Translations under genes and position numbers: made by a program
Notes under the pieces: model-generated
What the model saw: only the letters and a program-made list of their open reading frames with translations
Told to the model about the DNA's origin: nothing
Database searches by the model: none
NCBI GenBank assembly: GCA_964016885.1
Contig: OZ024746.1
Span: forward strand, 5,332,001-5,396,000
Direction of reading: 5' to 3'
Length of the DNA stretch: 64,000 nt
Source of the DNA: Eledone cirrhosa
Taxonomy: Eukaryota
Part shown: in pieces, positions 15,501 through 29,200 of the stretch
Position numbering within the stretch: position 1 is the first letter of the stretch
How the letters are laid out: every line of letters begins with the position of its first letter

Positions 15501-16048
15501 GCTCTAGTTGTAACATCAATTCTCTGTAAGCCAGCTCTAGTTGTAACATCAATTCTCGCTGTAAGCCAGCACTAGTTGTAACATCAATTCTCGCTGTAAG
15601 CCAGCTCTAGTTGTAACAATTCTCGCTGTAAGCCAGCTCTAGTTATAACATCAATTCTCGCTGTAAGCCAGCTCTAGTTGTAACATCAATTCTCGCTGTA
15701 AGCCAGCTCTAGTTGTAACAATTCTCGCTGTAAGCCAGCTCTAGTTATAACATCAATTCTCGCTGTAAGCCAGCTCTAGTTGTAACATCAATTCTCGCTG
15801 TAAGCCAGCTCTAGTTGTAACAATTCTCGCTGTAAGCCAGCTCTAGTTGTAACATCAATTCTCGCTGTAAGCCAGCTCTAGTTGTAACATCAATTCTCGC
15901 TGTAAGCCAGCTCTAGTTGTAACATCAATTCTCGCTGTAAGCCAGCTCTAGTTGTAACAATTCTCGCTGTAAGCCAGCTCTAGTTGTAACATCAATTCTC
16001 GCTGTAAGCCAGCTCTAGTTGTAACATCAATTCTCGCTGTAAGCCAGC
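15501..16048. repeat. 35-bp minisatellite (with 32-bp variants), about 16 copies
   Basis: Unit GCTCTAGTTGTAACATCAATTCTCGCTGTAAGCCA. Confidence 0.95.
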
Positions 16049-16249
16049 CACGATCTTGACATAGTTTCAATTTCCGCTTGAAATCATGACATTTATGTCG
16101 CTAATAACATTTGGAAAGTTGTAAATATCCTCCGTTATCTTTTGTCAATAGAGACAAATATTGTCAAAAGACAGGCTAAAAAAAAATCTATTTTCGTATA
16201 CTTTCAATTCAGATCTTTATTAACTGAAGATATGTTTTTAAAGATGTTA

Positions 16250-16720
16250 TGGTGTTGCAATGAGCACCCAGCCTACACTGTAAAGTGGTCGAATCTCGAC
16301 AAAATCACCCAGTTCACCCGGTTCAATTTGGAGAAGATTCTCCAAATACATCCCAGACCAGTCTTCTCTTAACAATTTAGTCCTGGCAGGATCCTGGGAA
16401 TTTGGACCATCACGGTTCTTTTGCTCATGTAGGACGTGTACATAAAAATGTAGTCTGCGTTACAGGGGTCTGTTTTATGGCAAGGGCCTCGGTCTTGAAC
16501 AGCACCGAGATGGCGGTGAACTGTCTGGCTCTTGCAATGATCTCAATGTTTTCTCTGATACATTTCAGTGCTGCCTACATCTGTTTTTGGGGCGCCAGTT
16601 CTGTTTTACGGGTTTGCACTTAAATACATCTATGAATCAGTGTTCTTCTTTGCGTTGCTGCCATCACTTCGGCCAGGACGGTTAGGTTGGCCTCCAAGGT
16701 TTGAGTCACGTGACAGCTGG
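16250..16720 (-). pseudogene. Probable decayed LINE (Tx1/L1-like) ORF1 N-terminal fragment
   Basis: GC-richer island. Minus-strand reading with stops and a frameshift gives ATQRRTLIHRCI..AALKCIRENIEIIARARQFTAISVLFKTEALA..SYMSKRTVMVQIPRILP, resembling RRM-type ORF1. Recognised by pattern only. Confidence 0.4.
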
Positions 16721-16849
16721 TTTAACGAGAGGGGCGTAATCTGTCCATATTTTTGGAAAAAACAATTTTTGCGGTCGATTTAATTGACTTCCTCTCCCCT
16801 TAAACTGTTGGTGGACCTATGCCTAAATCAGAAACCATTATTAGTATAG

Positions 16850-17043
16850 GGCGGTGGATTGGTAGTATCGGTAGAGGGTTGGACGCCATGCTTTCCAGCA
16901 TAGAGTTACGGCGCTTTATGGTATGAGTTCAATTCCCGCCGAGGTTAACTTTGCCTTTCATCCTTACGGGGTCGATAAAATAAAGTACCAGTAATACACT
17001 GGGTAACTGCTGGCCTTGTTTCAAAAGTAGAAACAATTATTAG
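16850..17043 (+). mobile_element. SINE family A
   Basis: Same head, B box and central domain as 3310-3530. Confidence 0.85.
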
Positions 17044-17187
17044 TACAGCGCTTTATTTCTGTAAGTTAATTTCAAATACCATTTTTATAATTAATTCTGG
17101 AGAATCGAGTACACTTGTAAAATATTTAACATACGGCAGAATCGTAAATGATTTAAGATAACTCGACAATAGTTCTCTCTCCCTTTC

Positions 17188-17225
<38 letters not shown>

Positions 17226-17379
17226 CACACACCGACACACATACACACGCACACACACACACATATATATATATGTCTCTGTGCGTGACTGTGTGTCTAT
17301 TATTTTCTAAATTACATTACCCTCAATATATCTTATCTCTCTTTATACACCCACACTCATATACACATATACACGTTTG

Positions 17380-17790
17380 ACTGTGTGTAATTCTTTTCTC
17401 CCGCACGCTGGCCAAGCTGGTATGAATTTTTTCTCTCTCTCTCGTCTACGATTTCACAGAACTTATGTTTACCGAATTCGCCGACCAGACCCCTTCTTCC
17501 TCCCGTTAGACCTGTGCGAAATTCCTTCCTTGCTCACATTTCAACCAGGTTTGATGGTCTTTATTCTCTCGTTCACGATTTCACCGAATTTAAATTCATA
17601 GAAATCTGGGACTTGTCTCTTTCTTCCTCACTTTCTGTTGTTTCACCATTTTGTTTGTTTACCCTCGCGTCCCCTTTATTTACGTGTCCCAACGACTTTT
17701 TTTAGCCGTTGCTCGCACCAACCGGAGGTATATGGTCTTTAAAGCGATGAAATGCCTATGATGGTTGGAAGATCACTGATGAAGGACAAA
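17380..17790 (+). pseudogene. Decayed PLE 3' end (GIY-YIG C-terminus, then truncated HHR start)
   Basis: CEIPSLLTFQPGL resembles the terminal E..I..L.T..P.GLN motif of PLE endonucleases. Followed by a pyrimidine-rich UTR and CTGATGAAGGAC at about 17777, cut off by a TA tract. Confidence 0.45.
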
Positions 17791-17817
17791 CTTTTTTCAT
17801 ATATATATATATATATA

Positions 17818-17934
17818 TAATTGTTTCTACTTTAGGCACAAGGCCAGCAATTACCCAGTACATTACTGGTACTTTATTTTATCGACCCCGTAAGGATGAA
17901 AGGCAAAGTTAACCTCGGCGGGAATTGAACTCAT
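17818..17934 (-). mobile_element. SINE family A, truncated
   Basis: Reverse complement of B box plus central domain. Confidence 0.8.
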
Positions 17935-18799
17935 ATATATATATAATGTGTGTGTATGCGTTTCCGTGTATAAAGTGTGTGTATATATAGATACGTAAAT
18001 ATCTTTGTCTATTCACATATACATCCGTGTACATATATTAGTATCTATATGGGCATTTATGTTAACTATGTATTATACACCTCTCGAAGTTACATACTAG
18101 TTCACTGCTTTATGTATTATTATACTGAAGGAGAAATCATTGTTCTACCTTTAGGATATTAATGTACTTAACATAGTGTATGTAGAAGATCCCTGGAATA
18201 GAGAGAGGAAGTCAAAAAAGGGGAGGGGGAGGGATGTAGAGCTCTCTTCACTTTTGAGGTTACTTCGCTGCTGTTTTTTCTCCACTCAAAATCAAGTGAT
18301 ATTTTACTTTTGTTTTTTATTTCTACTTTGTTCGAAATGTGTTCACTGTGCATGAGAATTGATAATCAATATATCTACTATCCTAGGCAGAAATAACCAT
18401 TGAAGTATGGCTCTTGTTTTTTTTTGTTATTTGTTTCTTTTGTTTAATTTTACTTTTATTTTTGCTATATTTCTTTGAAAGTTTTTCAAGTATTTCCACT
18501 CGATTTAGACACAATTAAAAAGATTCCTTATAAACAAGATGTTTCCCTTTTTCTAATGATGAGTTCTAATTTAGACTGAAGATCTCAAATAAGGTGGAGG
18601 GGTTCAGTGTATTAATATCGATCCCAATACTTACCTGCTAATTGTTTCTGCACACATAAAAGAGGAAAATTCGACCATGGTGGGATTAGATCATATCTTT
18701 GACGCAATTAGATTCCACCTGGTCACGTGGTCATATACCTAAGACTTTATTGATTGGGTCACTTCAGCAGCCTGGCAATGAGATTCCACCTGGTCATAT

Positions 18800-19040
18800 A
18801 CCTCAGTGGTTAGAGCATTGGGCTTGCAATCGAAAGGTCGTGAGTTCAATTCTCGGACCGGGTGATGTGTTGTTTCCTTGAGCAAGACACTTTATTTCAC
18901 GTTGCTCCAGTTTACTCAGCTGTAGAAATGAGATGATAGGACTGGGCTCCCTATCATTAAATCACCCAAGACACCTCCAGCGAGATATACCTTGGAGGAG
19001 GCCAGCTAAACCTGTATAGGTGTGAGCTGTAACAACAACA
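18800..19040 (+). mobile_element. CORE-like SINE family B
   Basis: Highly similar to 6487-6712. Confidence 0.85.
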
Positions 19041-19094
19041 TATACCTCAGACTTTACTGACTGGGTCACTTCACCAACCTCGTCCTTGCTTTAT

Positions 19095-19315
19095 TAAAGG
19101 TTTCTGATTTAGGCACAGTGCCAACAATTTGAGGGGAAGGGGAGGAAAATCGATAAACCGACACCAGTACATTACTGGTACATTATTTTGTTGATCCCGC
19201 AAGTATGAAAGGTAAAGCTAACCTCGGCGGGATTTGAACTCAGAACGTAAAGGGCCGTAGCTCTATGCAGCAAAGCCTTTTGTCCAACGTTCTACTGATA
19301 CTGCAAATCCACTAT
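19095..19315 (-). mobile_element. SINE family A (diverged)
   Basis: AACCTCGGCGGGATTTGAACTCAG and the central domain in reverse. Confidence 0.75.
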
Positions 19316-20418
19316 CCTTGTACCTGCTTTACTAATGATTTCAGATTTAGTCCAAAAGATGAGTATTCATGATATAGAGTTGAGTCTTTACAGGTATTTT
19401 ATTTATTGACCAAGGGAGGATAAAAAGTATGGTTGATTCCGGTGATAGAGAGTGAGAGAATGGAACTGCGAGAAAGAGATATAGAAGAAGAATCGATCCC
19501 AGGTCTAGACTAGTACTTTTTTTATCGACCTCGGCGGGATTTTAACGAGAGAGAAGAGAGTCGGAACGAATAACGTAAAAACATTCTATCCGACATTCTA
19601 AGGACCCCCTCAATTCGCTGCCTACACAAACATAATCACGACAAAAAGTTATACTTAAACTACCATTATCCTTCTCTTGTGTATATAAATACGACAGAGT
19701 AGTAGTAATAGTTGTAGTCTTGGCAAACTTTCTGGTTTACATGAAAGCAACTGTCACAGTTGTCACCATGTAAGATCTTCTATGTAATGTTTCAACACAA
19801 CAGTCCGTCATATAGTTATCTATCTAGCGCTCTATAAAACCTTTGAAAATCTCCATTCACACGTTTATATTATTACTTTCTTTTTCAAATCTGTCTGCCA
19901 TTATTATAGCCTTCTAAATTGTATGTTTTCTTTCGTTTTTTACTGCTACATTTACGGCCATTTAAAAAAAAAACTTTATTAAATGAGTTGTTACCCCGTT
20001 AAACTAATAGTATGAATATAAACTAACGAAGTCTCTTTTCATAAATGTTTCCATTTATATTTAGTATAGTTTACTTGGGAATAATTTAAAAACTGAACTA
20101 CGTGTTTATTTCGAATAGAAGTTACGTATCATTTTATTCGATTTTATAACAAAAGTTGGGTTTATTGTTGAGGTAAACCATAATTATCGTCAGCCTATAT
20201 AAAAGATCTAATGTACTGCACACACGTAGATCATCTATCTGTATTTAAACATAAAACATAAACTACTATGACGAAAGGTCGATTGGAATTTATTGAAATA
20301 GGGAATAATAAAACACGTCAATTAAGATATAAATTCTGAATATCTTCTAACTAAAGTTAAGTTAACTGATTGTGCCAGTAATATACACAGCCACAAGTCT
20401 TCAAATTGTGGTATATAA

Positions 20419-20471
<53 letters not shown>

Positions 20472-21056
20472 TATATATATATATATACATATTAGAATTC
20501 GTGCTCTGAAATAGCGATGTATACATGAATGTATGTATAGTATATTTGGCAATATACTGTATGTTTAATTAAAAACATTTAGAAGACCATTCGCTATGAG
20601 TTTTAAAGTAGTGACTATGTCACTTACTTAATCTCGGCATTTATACAAAATCACTGAGGGGAGCATCTTTCCATAGGGATAACAAATTATCCTTGCTGCA
20701 GTTTAAAAATCCAGTCACTTTTCGGCAAAAACCTGAAAGAAACAAGACATTCCGATTTTTTGCGTGAAAAGTTCGATGCCTAATCACCCTCAACCTACCA
20801 GACTGACTTCAAACACATAACAATCTGAGCCAACATCAATTGGAGATACAAGTCGTCATAGCCACACATTTCTCCATCTCTCTTGACCTTTGAAAACCAT
20901 GAAACTTGTCAAACAGGTAAAGTCATAAATTATTGTAAATAAATCTTCCGAAAGGCTCCAATTGCATCTCAACTCTCCCCCTATATATCCACTAGATGGT
21001 TTGTTTTCCCAGTGCATTGTTTAAGTGTAGGGTATTCGATGATTGTTTCAGCTTGT

Positions 21057-21099
<43 letters not shown>

Positions 21100-21319
21100 G
21101 GAACAAGTAAGACCCCGACGGTTGAGCTCAAGCCGTTTCGACGGCTAATTCTGTACTAAATAGTATAGAATTAGCCGTCGAAACGGCTTGAGCTCAGCCG
21201 TCGGGGTCTTACTTGTTCCTATTACCCACTCTACTACCCTAAGTATTGAGTACTTTGGTGCGTTATGGTCCACCTGGTTCCTTACCACATTTCCTCCGTT
21301 ATATATATATATATATATG

Positions 21320-21750
21320 TTATACTTGGGGAGGGTCATATTTGTGTAATATTGCCAGAATTAATAATAGAACACACTCACTGTTTGGTTGGTTTTCGCT
21401 TCTGTGTCTTTTATATCGGTTAATTTAATTTATTCGGTCCTCAATGTTGCCATTGACTGACCAATGGTCAAAAATACAGATACAATATAGACACAAACAC
21501 ATATATATAGTCTATCAAAGTTCTTTCGTTGCACATCTGCAACCTCGTCAGTGGTGCTATTGTTTCCTCCCGTTGCATTAGTGTTTATATGTGTTTATAA
21601 TTTATATGTGTTCTGTTATTAATTCTGGCAATATTACACAAATATGACCCTCCCCAAGTAAAACAATATTTGTTTCGACACACGATTTCATATAAAAAAC
21701 CACGCAATACTAATTCATCGCCGTTTAGTCTTCAAATTTATTATTATTAC
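21320..21750. mobile_element. TA-flanked inverted-repeat element (family D) carrying an HHR
   Basis: Arms 21320-21377 and 21607-21665 are inverted copies. Related sequence at 50345-50496 and 58905-59070. Confidence 0.75.
21514..21555 (-). ncRNA. Minimal hammerhead ribozyme (GAAAGAACUU type)
   Basis: Minus strand ACCA CTGACGA G GTTGCA-GATG-TGCAAC GAAA GAAC TT TGAT. Confidence 0.7.
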
Positions 21751-22721
21751 TATATATATATATATATATATATAGTGTATATATGTGTATGTATACTTAG
21801 GGTAGTTATAGAAGGTCAATAGACTATTGAGTACTTTGGTGCGTTATGGTCCATCTGGTTCCTTACCACATTTCCTTCGTTATATATATATATATACCAG
21901 TGGTTGGCCTTCTGTTGCACGATTTCATATTACTTAACAAATGCGTAGTAAGCTGAGAAAAGTTTCATTTGACAGGAGATAAATTTAGGTTCATTTATAA
22001 AATATATAAGTTCGCAAACATCATATCAATATTGATATAAATCAGTATTTGGAGTGAAGAAATACATTATATTTAAATTTGGAACATGTAGATTTTACTT
22101 TCTTAATCCATTGTATTAAAACGAAATATATCAAAATTCATATTTACATATCGCTTCGACTGATACCTCATTTGTACACGGAGAATCGTTTACGACGTTT
22201 GTACGCTAACGTGTAATACTTACAGAGCTACGCTTACAGTGTTCAAATCTACGTCTCATTTTACTGCGTTCTTCAGACAACTATGAATTAGTTATTTCAC
22301 GGGGGTTATATACATCGTAGTGGATTTGCTATCGATTTTATTTGTTAATTTCTAAATCTTGTTGTTGTGCCATATTTTATTGATAAATTCTTCAAAGTTT
22401 TATCTATATTTCACGACATTTTCATCTAGTTTCTCTAGACAATCATCTGTTTTGTATTTGTTAATTTGTAGCATGCTATTACTATTGTATTGTAGCTTTA
22501 GTCTGGGGATTATTTTGTCTCTACTCACTAATTATATTTGAAATCCGGCTTTACTCTACTGTTATGCTGTTGATTCAATATTATATCTGGTTTCAATAAA
22601 TTGCTATTCTTTTCATTTCTGTTTTCAAACTATCTTGTGTCACTAAAATTGTTTTTTCCGTATCGTGGTGTTCTGCAATGTCTGTATTGCGACAGCAACT
22701 GCTTTTCAGTTGATTCTTTTA

Positions 22722-23105
22722 TACTCTCGGGTCCCAAATAATAGAAGTAAGCGTTGGAATAAGGGGCTGGGGTGGAAAATCGGTAATCTTTCTAGGTTGT
22801 CTCCGTTGCAACTTAGAGAAAAAACAAACAGAAACCAGAATTAGTCGTTTAGTTTACATATTGAGACCCCAACCCATCCTATATATTTTATAACATATAG
22901 GATTTCTAGTAATGTACTTTTTTTGTCATTTATAATGTTTTTTTAATGTATTAAGAAAATTAATTGTCGCAGGAATGCTACCACTTAAAATACAATTTTG
23001 CCAGAGATAGATTAGTAAAATTTAATAAACGGGGGAGGGGGGGTTTACAAAAATTATGAAAAATTATTAAGCTGGGGGTGAACGATTATTCGAAAGCCGA
23101 GAGTA
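22722..23105. mobile_element. Non-autonomous DNA transposon (MITE) with TA ends
   Basis: Imperfect TIRs TACTCTCGGGTCCCAAATAAT ... ATTATTCGAAAGCCGAGAGTA. Confidence 0.6.
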
Positions 23106-23159
23106 TGTGATTTTACCTATTTAGGTAGTGGTGTTCCTGGTAGTCTCACTGTTGCTTCT

Positions 23160-23404
23160 TGTGTGTGTGACATCTCACACCTATGTAGGTTTAGTTGGCC
23201 TCCTCCAAGGTATATCTCGTTGGAGGTGTCTTGGGTGATTTAATGATAGGGACCCCAGTCCTATAAACTCATTTCTACAGCTGAGTAAACTGGAGCAACG
23301 TGAAATAAAGTGTCTTGCTCAAGAAAACAACACATCACCCGGTGAGAATTGAAATCACAACGTTTCGATTGCAAGCCCAATGCTCTAACCACTAAGCCAT
23401 GCGC
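23160..23404 (-). mobile_element. CORE-like SINE family B
   Basis: Reverse complement of the 6487-type element. Confidence 0.85.
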
Positions 23405-24001
23405 CTTCTTGTGTGCCTAATGAACATTGACTTTGTATGCTCCTTTGACCTTTTCTACGCAGTTAAGGTCAATAGGTATTGATCTGGTCAAACTAGGCTA
23501 TTTTCAGCCTCTGAAATACGAAAATTTATAGAAAGAGCTTCTACTGCAATTAGGGAGGTGTGAAATATTTAAGGCCAACTCCGTAATCTTTGCAGCCAAA
23601 TTTTGTAGCCTTCAAAAAATGGTGAGGCTTAACGCTGGCAAGATATTCTTGTTTAGCACTTGTGGCTAGTTTCTTTATACTTTCTATACATTGCTGCACA
23701 TATACACAAAATATATAAATATAAAATACATGAGCACAAACATACACACAAATATACACACACAGACCAACGCAAGCATATATATACAGAAAAAAACCCA
23801 CTGGCATATACATACACACACACACACATACACACACACATATATATATATGTGTGTGTGTGTGTTATATACACACATAGACACATACATACACACACAC
23901 AAATAGATATGTATGTGTGTTTGTGTGTTTATATATATACACAGACACATACATACACACACATGAGCGCATTCACATTAAAGTTATATACATATATATA
24001 C

Positions 24002-24033
<32 letters not shown>

Positions 24034-24046
24034 GTATATGTGTGTT

Positions 24047-24077
<31 letters not shown>

Positions 24078-24568
24078 TTGCATGTATGAGAATGCATTTG
24101 CAATATCTACACAGATACATAAAAAATACATTCATCCCTTTATCTATACATACAGAAATACAGAAATATACATATATAGCGATGCAACAATGCAACAATA
24201 GTCTGGAAAGATACTAGCCTCAGTTAAATTTAATTAGATTATCACCAAATTTTGATACTTATCCAACATAGCTTTAAACTATGCTATGCAATTTCAGTGC
24301 ATACTGCCGACTTTTATATTAAATCGTGACAACACGTACGATATATACTTAGGCCAATGTAATAAAACGAATTACATTATTGAATGTGGATGTGATATGG
24401 ATGTGATATGTACATCTTTTCTTTCGTCTGTAATTTACTAACGAAACACACACACACACATACATATATATATATGAACTGTTTCCGTAGGAAAAGTAAA
24501 GGAAAATAGAGTGCTCTATGTAGGCTACAGAGCCTTTTAGTTATGTAATAAACAACATAAGATAATTA

Positions 24569-24620
24569 TTTCATTTAGCAAAGGTTTCACGACGTCTGAT
24601 CTCGGTCGTCAGAATGAAAA
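24569..24620 (-). ncRNA. Hammerhead ribozyme within inverted repeat 24538-24706
   Basis: Minus strand TTTTCATT CTGACGA C CGA..TCG T GAAA CCTTTGC TA AATGAAA. The other arm retains GAAACCTTTGGTAAATGAAA. Same family as 30656-30733. Confidence 0.65.
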
Positions 24621-24721
24621 ATAAATTTTCATTGTCAGTCTCGTCTGTCTTTGTGAAACCTTTGGTAAATGAAATAATTATCTTATGTTGTTTATTACAT
24701 AACTATATATATATATATATT

Positions 24722-24930
24722 CGACAGTCGATCGACTTTCGTTAAATCGGACCGAGGAAACAATGTTTCCATTGGTCTTTCCAAGGGCTAATACTATCTA
24801 TCGGTCGCAACTCCAGGTAGAAGGAGCAACGTGAAATAAAGTGGCTTACTCAAGGACATAACGCATCGCTCGGTCCAGGAATCGAACTCACAACTTCACA
24901 ATTGCGACCCCAATTCTCTAACCACTCAGC

Positions 24931-25013
<83 letters not shown>

Positions 25014-25226
25014 ATGTGAGTGGTTAGAGAATTGGAGTCGCAATTGTGAAGTTGTGAGTTCGATTCCTGGACCGGGCGATGCGTTATGTCCTTGAGCAAG
25101 CCACTTTATTTCACGTTGCTCCTTCTACCTGGAGTTGCGACCGACCGATAGATAGTATTAGCACTTGGAAAGACCAATGGAAACATTGTTTCCTCGGTCC
25201 GATTTAACGAAAGTCGATCGACTGTC

Positions 25227-25228
<2 letters not shown>
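24722..25228. mobile_element. Two near-identical CORE-like SINE copies in inverted (head-to-head) orientation around a CA/TA/TG microsatellite
   Basis: 24722-24932(-) and 25017-25228(+) are reverse complements with few differences. Confidence 0.85.
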
Positions 25229-25290
<62 letters not shown>

Positions 25291-25736
25291 AATATTGAGT
25301 TATAAACTCGAAATAGTTTTTTACAATTAAATAGCTCAAAGAAGGGAATATTTCCGAGCCGTGTAATACAAATGAGTATATGAGGGATGTACACCTATAC
25401 AATTATACATGTGTTGGAGTTGCAGATGACCAAGTTAGCTAGGTTGAAAAATACTAATTTAACATAATATGGTTTGCCTGTCTCGATTTAAAATAATAAA
25501 TCAATAAAAATAACAAACCTATATTGGCAAGTTTATAACTCAGTATTTGAGTTTATAACTCAATATTTGATATTCACGGCTCCATACGTTGAGCTAATTT
25601 TAGTCCGATAAAACCGACTGCTATTTTTAGCGGCACGAGTATGGGACGAGTTAGGCGCTGGGACACATGTGCGTTCAACAACACGTATTTCTCAGTCTTC
25701 TTAAGTATTCTGAAGTGATTGATACGAATTTTCCTG

Positions 25737-25812
25737 GATACCCGCAGAAGAGCACAGGATAGTAACTTTCACTTAATTGTTGCGAAACAAATTTAGAATT
25801 TGTCCGGGTATC
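25737..25812 (+). ncRNA. Full-size type I hammerhead ribozyme (GUC site; core CAGAAGA)
   Basis: Stem I GATACCCG/CGGGTATC, core CAGAAGA, stem II GCA..TGC, GAAA, stem III CAAATT-TAG-AATTTG, TC. Flanked by about 170-bp inverted arms 25361-25530 and 25820-25989. Confidence 0.75.
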
Positions 25813-26049
25813 ACGGCCATTGCTAATATAGGTTTGTTATTTTTATTGATTTATTATTTTAAATCGAGACAGGCAAACCATATTATGTTAAATTAGTATT
25901 TTTCAACCTAGCTAACTTGGTCATTTACAATTCGAACACATGTATAATTGTATAGGTGTACATCCCTCATATACTCATTTGTATTACACATATATATATG
26001 TATATATGTATGTATGTATGTATGTATATATATATATATATGTGTGTGG

Positions 26050-26098
<49 letters not shown>

Positions 26099-26133
26099 GT
26101 ACATATATATTATACATATATCAACATACAATT

Positions 26134-26205
<72 letters not shown>

Positions 26206-29200
26206 GTGTGTTTGTGTACGTAAATATATGAGGTAGCACAGCAACAAATAACCGGTCAAATGCTAATGCAATTATTGTTGGCGTTCAGTGCCGCAAGACG
26301 CTGTGTTGTAAACTCTTCGTTGGTTATGTCTCTCTATCAGGTAGATCAATCAAGTTTCATTTAGCTTTCCTACATTCAGAATTAGTATGTGTTTCTATGC
26401 CAGCATTTTGACATTATCTTTGTCCTTTTGTTTAATGTATTGATTTCTTTGTTTATCGTATACTATCATCTTGCGATACATAGTTGGCATAGCTTTGCTC
26501 CATCTATGTAGTATGTATTGCGTTCGATGAATGACCAGTCGGTATCGATGTATTCAAATCATCGACCGTTTAATTACTGAACACATCTGGGTAAGTCTCT
26601 ATTCTTTTCTTTATTCTTGACAAAGGCATCTTTGCTGCCAACACTTGGACACTAAAAGCCACAAAAACATCAGCACTATAACAGGAGCGGCAGAAGCACC
26701 ACTACAACCACCAACAACAGACGTGAACAATACACAGGGGTCTCACAACGAAGCACTCCTTCTCCCTCTCATTCTCTTCTCTAAACACAAACACATATAT
26801 CGACATTCACACAAGCAGACCCTTATTAGAGGCAGAATCCACAGACACAGGTATCCCCTTATCTAGAAGTGAAGATGAGAGCAAATCCCAAACACCCACC
26901 CCTAGAAAAAAAACAAAAAATAAATCACACCAACACATACCAGGAAACACAGAAACCTCTCTACACAAAGACAGACACATCTACTCCGGCACCAAACCCA
27001 CCAAACCCACCAGCACCACACCCACCAATGTAAACATCACTGCCACAAGCAGCATTAGCAACACTCACAACTACACATAGAAAAGAAAAGACACGCAACA
27101 ACTACCAACCACACAGACACCAAACTTCCTGCTAGTGAGGTTTAACGAAGTATTGATGGCCCTCATGGCACGAAATAAAGATATTGAGAGAGGCGTGAAC
27201 ATTTCCGGCAGCAGCACGTATCCCACAAACCCTATTCTAAAGTTTTGAATATAGAAGGGTCACTTGTAAATCCGAAGCGAAAGTCGTTTCACTGTTGGAA
27301 TGATTTCTACAAAAGGTGTGTTTGAAGAGCGTTGACTTTTGTGTAAAATGGCAGAAGCATCAACATCAATTACACGACTCTTAATATGAAAGTTACTCTT
27401 TATTTTTTCTTTATTGAATATAATGATAACGGGGAGTTGTAGCTGAATATAATGATTTGGGAGTTGTAGCTGAAATGGGATAAACAAAGATTTACGGGGA
27501 TTGTATTTCAAATAATATCTCTATATGGAAGATGAAGCGTATAAACCCTGCACATTTCACTGTATAGTAAGTAGAACGAATCTACTTTTTGACAGAGTGT
27601 AACTATACCGTATACCACCTTCATATAAAATGTGATACAGTATAACAATATCCGAAAATATGCACCTTAGAAACCCCACTCAAGCGAGTGTTTCGGCCCT
27701 TACATTCTGAAACACTCGTTTGATGTGTGTTTCTTCTCTGAAGACCTTCTGCTGTCTAGCTCCCCCGAAAGTCTCTTACTACTACTGTATACTATCTTCA
27801 TATAAAGGTTTACATCCAGTATAGCAATATCCGAAATTACGCACCTTTTTATCATAGCGAAGCAGTTTATAAAGCAATTTAAGTGTCATTCTTAGAGACA
27901 CAGTCAAGTGCTTCTATTTTTGTACAACTAATGATCAACCATTTTACTACTACTCTATTACTATTCTTTGGTAATTAAATAGATCAATTGGTGAGCTGTT
28001 GTTGGCATGTTTATTGATGTATATATTTATTGGAGTATTTATTGATGTGAACCTATAATGTTTATCCTCGGGTTTTGTGAGATTTTTAGTTTGTCAGAAA
28101 CATTTGTCGATAATCATTTACCGATGGCATTTGAATTGTACTTGTTGTTGTGTTTTGACAGAATTGATATGTTTATTGATGTATTTAACAATGTTCTAAA
28201 TATGGTGTTGTTGTTTAGCCACAGGCCAACATTGATCAAGTAGATTTATAACATGAATATCTCAGCTTAGTTATCTAAAACATTATTATACAATATGTTC
28301 TTCCTTTTTAAAACACTAGCATGGGATTCCGGGAATATTTAGCTGCGATTTCTACGGTAAAGTGACCACATAGATGATTCATAAATACATTATTTATCAC
28401 CGTACATAAATTAGTATTTTGTCTCTGTATTTATCCTTTCCAGAACGTTTCCAACGAATGCTAGTACAGTTACCTCTCCAGATCTTGACATATTTGGTAC
28501 CTAAACAATATCGTAATATGAAATCGAAGCTGTATAAATATATTATGTCAACTATATTTTACAAAAAAAGTTATACAATGGTGGAAATATGAAAAAAAAA
28601 GATAAAAACAAAATTAAATAATGAATAGAGTGAGAATAGGTAAAGAAGGGCGGGTCTGGCTGTATAGGAAAGTAGAGGAAAGGACTATAAATACCATAAG
28701 TGAGAGGAAAAGGACTGAAAATCAAGGACAGTTAGGCCACAGAAGTAAGAATAATGTTTTTAATAATTAATAATCAGTGGCTAAGTTATAAGAATGTGAT
28801 ATCAGATGGATTAATTCAATAGAGAAAGCAGATTCCATAGTTTCATTGACGAGTTGTGTCGTTTGGGTGCAAAGCTATGCTGAGTAATTATGTGTTTGCT
28901 TCGGAAAATTATGAGACTCAACTCACTCGACAGTCTTGGATATGTTACACACAGGTTTTCATGTTGTACTTCATGTATATTAGACAACTACGATACAAAC
29001 ATACATAGAAAACGGTAGAATTTCTATAGACTTCTTCATAATGACTTGCATCTTAGGATCAAAACCATACATTTTGGGGATGGGGAACAATCGAATTTGT
29101 TGACCTAGAACTTAACTGATACTATATTTTTAACGAAACCGAAAGAGTGAAAGGCGGATTCAGAACGAAATATACGTAACTTTTTTCTGCAAGGTATTTT

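Noticed and set aside
15501-16048. 35-bp repeats superficially like a CRISPR array
   Set aside because: Head-to-tail units without unique spacers, no cas genes, eukaryotic context.
27260-27511. Weak resemblance to a PIF1/Helitron helicase motif (QLP...HKSQ)
   Set aside because: Spacing and residues do not fit; partly explained by a local 16-bp duplication.
27735-27785. CTGAAGA...GAAA hammerhead-like spacing
   Set aside because: No pairing for stems I or II.
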